A stretch of 64,000 nucleotides of DNA, taken from the NCBI GenBank assembly GCA_051362555.1, contig CM120647.1, forward strand, positions 15,848,651 through 15,912,650, given 5' to 3'. Position 1 is the stretch's first letter. The number at the start of each line of letters is the position of its first letter. The stretch is from Lingula anatina (Eukaryota > Animalia > Brachiopoda). Below are positions 60,801 through 64,000 of the stretch, piece by piece. Both the position numbers and the translations under genes were made by a program. The notes beneath the pieces are model-generated. The model was not told the origin of the DNA and made no database searches. It was given only the letters and a program-made list of their open reading frames with translations.

Positions 60801-63800
60801 CTAGGGCTGATTCTGGGATTAATATATTTTTTTCAGTCAGAGAGCTAGGACTGGACGAAGTTTGGAGGGGGGAAATTTATGCACTTTCAAGAGTTCACTC
60901 TCATTCTTTCATATTAGTTCAATTATTAGTGCACCTATTTTTACACTGATGCATAATTTGAACCTCATGGCATTGTCATAAGCGCCAATCTAAGATAAGC
61001 CAAATTGACCATTAAGTCAGGCCAAATTGACCATTAAGTCTTATGACAAAAGTGTGTTAAGTGATATAATTACCTGTTGCAGGCATAGGATAAATCTGCA
61101 GTTGAAAATTATACAAGGATATCATTAATTTAGGACCTGTGTTCTGGAGAACAATGAGAGTGAAGAACCCATAAATTTGACATCTTTCCCTGGGCCAAGT
61201 TTTACATTTGGAAGTTGAAAACAACCTGCAAGTTGGTTAAAACATTTAGACCAAATTATTTTTTGCCTTTTTTCCCCCCATATCTTTTGGTCTGTAGTTT
61301 TATGATAATAGTAATTTTGTCTTAAGTGGAATGGGGTGTTTTTTTTTTTTTTTTTTTTTTTTTTTTCTTTTGGGGGGGGGGGGGTTGAACTGTTGCCCTA
61401 TGGCTTGAAAAAGGTCCACTGAATAAAAATTTGTTCGGGGTTTTCAGAGTAAGCAGATTTTGCAGTACAAGTGGCCCATCTTTTCAGAAACCTGCAACTC
61501 CCCCTTCAAAATAGCTTGCTCCAGGCCTGCTGTGAGACATCAACAGTTTTTACTGTACTCTACTATATCTCAAGTCAGTTTACGTACAATATAGATCATA
61601 CCATGTCTGACATATCTTATGGCCCTGAATCAGACTGGATTGGGGGGGGGGGGGTTGAAGATCAGCTGTAGTCTCCCTAGGGTTTTCAGAAGACCCTGGT
61701 TCACCTACACACCAGCATTATGCATACTTTTATATTGATGGGGTTGTTAGAAAAACATTGAATTATCCCCTAGACATAGGTGACTGTCTTAATGGATGGT
61801 CCAGCCATTTAGTAATCTTATGTAGATAACAATCTAAGGAAGGTCTTTGATTATGTTTATGGCTATGATGTTACCCTATTTATACCATTCACATGATATG
61901 GTTTAAAATCACTGTAGATAACAGTCCCAGACTGATATGAGATGATACCCTGTGTTGATGGCTGTTATCTTACCCTCCCTCCATCTCTTACATGGTTTTG
62001 AATCACTGGATAATTATCTCAATAGAAAACAAGGCCTTGTGTTTATGGCTGTTATCACCCCCTCCCCCCACCACTCACCTGCAGGACAGGTATAATTAGA
62101 CAACAAAAGAGAGCAACAGGGTCTTTATGCAATCTTAGATGTGTCTTTTTTGTTTAGCACAGACAGGGAAAGGGGGGGGGGGCAGTTATACAAAGTTGCT
62201 TAGGCTGAAATTTTAAGTCTACCTGGCATGTAATTCAGTAGCAGTCCTGTACAGATTGCTAATACTAATTGTTGGAATGATAAATGCTAAATTGTAGTGG
62301 ACAAATACAAAAATTTCTTGAATGTTATTGGCCAAAATTTAGTTGTTCAAGTTAAGACCAACTTTCGGTCTGAAATGGAACTTGTGTGGAGCTGGTCCAG
62401 CCACCTTATATCTTTGATGAAGTGAGGCTGTTTTAGTGTCTCCAGGGCTGTTAATCTACCTGCCACATTACCCAGGGGTCAGATGTTAGAGTCAGGTAGT
62501 CAGATAAAAGGCAAAGAGGTGTTACGGAGTGGACCTTAATGGACAGTGTAAGGAGTTACTGGATGTGCAGTTTTGGAGACATGTTAGATGGATGAGGCAT
62601 AGATCAATGTTGATATTCAAATATATTTATAAAAATATATTTGTAGAAAAAGTCAGGAGTCCCATAAAAGACAGAAGTGTTACTGAAGGCTGTTAAAAGT
62701 GGACAGATTAACAATCAAGTCAACAAGGGCATAATTGGACAGTTTAAGAAGCCACTGTTAAATGGAAGAAGAAAATTGAAAGGACTGTTGTTGTTTTGTG
62801 AAGCAAGAATTTAGTTTGGATAACTCAGGTGTGACACCTGACCTCTGTTTTCACTTCAACTGAAGTTTTGAACACTGTTTCTAAGCTAACCAGATTAGAT
62901 ATCCCTTTTGTCTGTGTCATTGAGGTGTAAAACGGGAATCATTAACTACTGAGGCTTCTGTGTCCACTTATGCTGAGGCTTTGGACACTGTAACTGGATG
63001 AGGGATCCCTCGTCTCTTGAGGACTTCTATGCTGAGATTTTTGAAAAAGACCGCATATGGAAGTTTTACCTGCTGATGACAGCTTTTGGTGCTATGTGTT
63101 GAAGACAGATCTGCTTGACATTAAAAAAATAATTTGTGTCATCCTGATTTGATATCTTAACAGACTTTGTCATGTGTTTTTCCCTTGCTACTGGAGTTAT
63201 ACTGTAACAGTAGTTGACAAATCTTCATTATAGAGAGAGGGTGTTCTGCAAGTGATCATTCAGTCAGTGGACTGGTCCCACCTCAGCCGAGGTTGACTTC
63301 ATACACATATTTTTAAGCAAACCTTTTGAGGTATTGACGGAACTTCCTGGCATATATGGTTGTCATAGAAAGATATATAGACCAACTTCCAAGGGTTAAT
63401 ACAATTTGAAGGCTTAGCAGAAGAATTTCACATTTTTGCTAGCACTCTGCTGCACAATGTTTTCGTAAGTTTCGTCACCAGGTTTCTACAGATTATTGTC
63501 TTGGTAGATTATAGTTAAATTGGATGCAGAGTGTAATGTAAGGAATCAAATTAAGTTTCAAAATATGTACATACACCTGTATCTTGCAAGGTGATATAAA
63601 AAGAAGTAATGAAAAATGTTGAGAATTAATGTCAGACTCTATAAATGAATGTTGAGAAATCTAGTCTTAACAAGCTAATTTTTATGGAAAATACTTTTCC
63701 ATAAATTCCCATTTTATTTTCAACTAGTGGTCTCCAAACTGTTGATGACATAAAGCAAGTGTTAACACTTGAGAAACTATTTCTTATTATAAACTTTTTC

Positions 63801-64000
63801 CTTTTTTTTTTTTTTCAGGGTAGACCACTTGTATGCGTTTTTCATCCAATGGTCTCCAAACATCTACGGAGACGAGTCTGACATTGACCCTCAGGAACGA
63901 GGCTTCGTTATGATTGGTGAGGAGGAGGAGGAAGAAGAGCTAGCGCTGGAGGAAGAGCACTTTGTCACGCCATCGAAACGAATTCCAAGACGATTAACCC
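33883..64000 (+). CDS. OXR1: Oxidation resistance protein 1 / NCOA7 / mustard family (LysM + GRAM; TLDc domain beyond the window)
   Basis: Exons 33883-33998 (or 37692-37738), 43844-44046, 46851-46933 (QPKGTIVYE), 52653-52760 (LysM VRDRDSLTSIAAKFDTTPSVLVKINRLVTRVVFPGQ), 52997-53083, 53319-53417, 54073-54186 (ERFIKLNVRYITDGQ), 56299-56471 (GVVKGVLLVTPNAVMFDPDVSDPLV), 56879-58503, 60280-60448 (PPLYLCLKVG..PEYWFAIPRDK) and 63819->64000 (VDHLYAFFIQWSP). All phases are consistent. Confidence 0.93.
37401..37408. promoter_or_regulatory. Perfect CRE palindrome upstream of alternative exon B
   Basis: TGACGTCA, close to a TGACCTTGACCT nuclear-receptor-like direct repeat (~37358-37369). Confidence 0.45.
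37692..37738 (+). CDS. OXR1: OXR1 alternative first coding exon B
   Basis: MSLRERAKEKLRSTL then AG|GTATGG, phase 2; preceded by a promoter-like region with TGACGTCA (37401-37408). Confidence 0.6.
42225..42350 (-). mobile_element. LINE 3'-end fragment (RTE-like); second copy at ~48390-48590
   Basis: The core CACTCCATGGACCAAGCCC..CTATCAACTGC.GTCCT..AAACTT.TTCTTG is present in both copies, each next to a (CAT)n tail. Confidence 0.5.
42650..43214. repeat. Older palindromic element interrupted by a nested MITE
   Basis: Outer arms GGAGCATTCCCAAGAAAACT..AGCTAAGGTGATTAA / AAAGTTAATCACGCCTTAGCT..TTGGGAATATGCCC. Confidence 0.7.
42768..43025. mobile_element. Harbinger-type palindromic MITE
   Basis: GGCTTCATTCACATG../..CATGTGAACGAAGCC, nearly fully self-complementary around AGTTACTATAAGTTACTATAAGTAACT; TAA/TTA flanks. 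Confidence 0.85.
48390..48590 (-). mobile_element. LINE 3'-end fragment, second copy
   Basis: Homologous to 42225-42350, with a (CAT)n tail. Confidence 0.5.
49530..49745. repeat. Palindromic MITE-like family copy
   Basis: Reverse-oriented relative of 27375-27640 (CCCCAGGGAGTTAGGTCGATCTAG..). Confidence 0.7.
50925..51367. repeat. Long degenerate (CT)n polypyrimidine tract
   Basis: About 440 bp almost entirely C/T. Confidence 0.95.
56031..56226. repeat. ~70-bp tandem repeat, about 2.7 copies
   Basis: TAATTGGGAAGGA.CCCT.AGTAGGCT.AGAGTTGAGCTCA.TGACTA.C.TAAGAC.TT.CAATGAAGT repeated. Confidence 0.85.
56879..58503 (+). CDS. OXR1: Large 1625-nt OXR1 exon encoding an acidic, low-complexity linker with a His8 run
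   Basis: Acceptor TTTCTAG|G at 56878/9 and donor G|GTAAG at 58503; open throughout (ORF 56892-58574 runs on into the intron). Confidence 0.9.

Overview
AT-rich, intron-rich animal genomic DNA with many microsatellites and foldback elements. The gene and repeat content suggests a marine lophotrochozoan, probably a mollusc (inference). Manual splicing with GT-AG boundaries and consistent phases reconstructs five genes. Four lie on the minus strand between about 5.9 and 27.1 kb and all encode secreted or cell-surface proteins. They are (1) a receptor ectodomain with signal peptide, EGF, two F-type lectin (FTP), two EGF and two FN3 domains, whose 3' part probably lies beyond the left edge; (2) a single-coding-exon LRR transmembrane protein with a Tyr-motif tail and no TIR domain; (3) a coiled-coil C-type lectin with a degenerate CRD and an apparent homopolymer frameshift; and (4) a 283-aa BRICHOS-domain prepropeptide predicted to release a 95-aa, 11-Cys peptide at an RKR site. 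The right half (33.9-64 kb, + strand) is OXR1/NCOA7/mustard (LysM-GRAM; TLDc beyond the window) with two alternative first coding exons. Introns and intergenic DNA carry three Tc1/mariner remnants, Harbinger-type and other MITEs, a palindromic repeat family, LINE 3' ends and a possible large Kolobok-like element at the left. The strongest novelty candidates are the BRICHOS/Cys-rich peptide precursor and the co-oriented recognition-and-effector cluster it belongs to.
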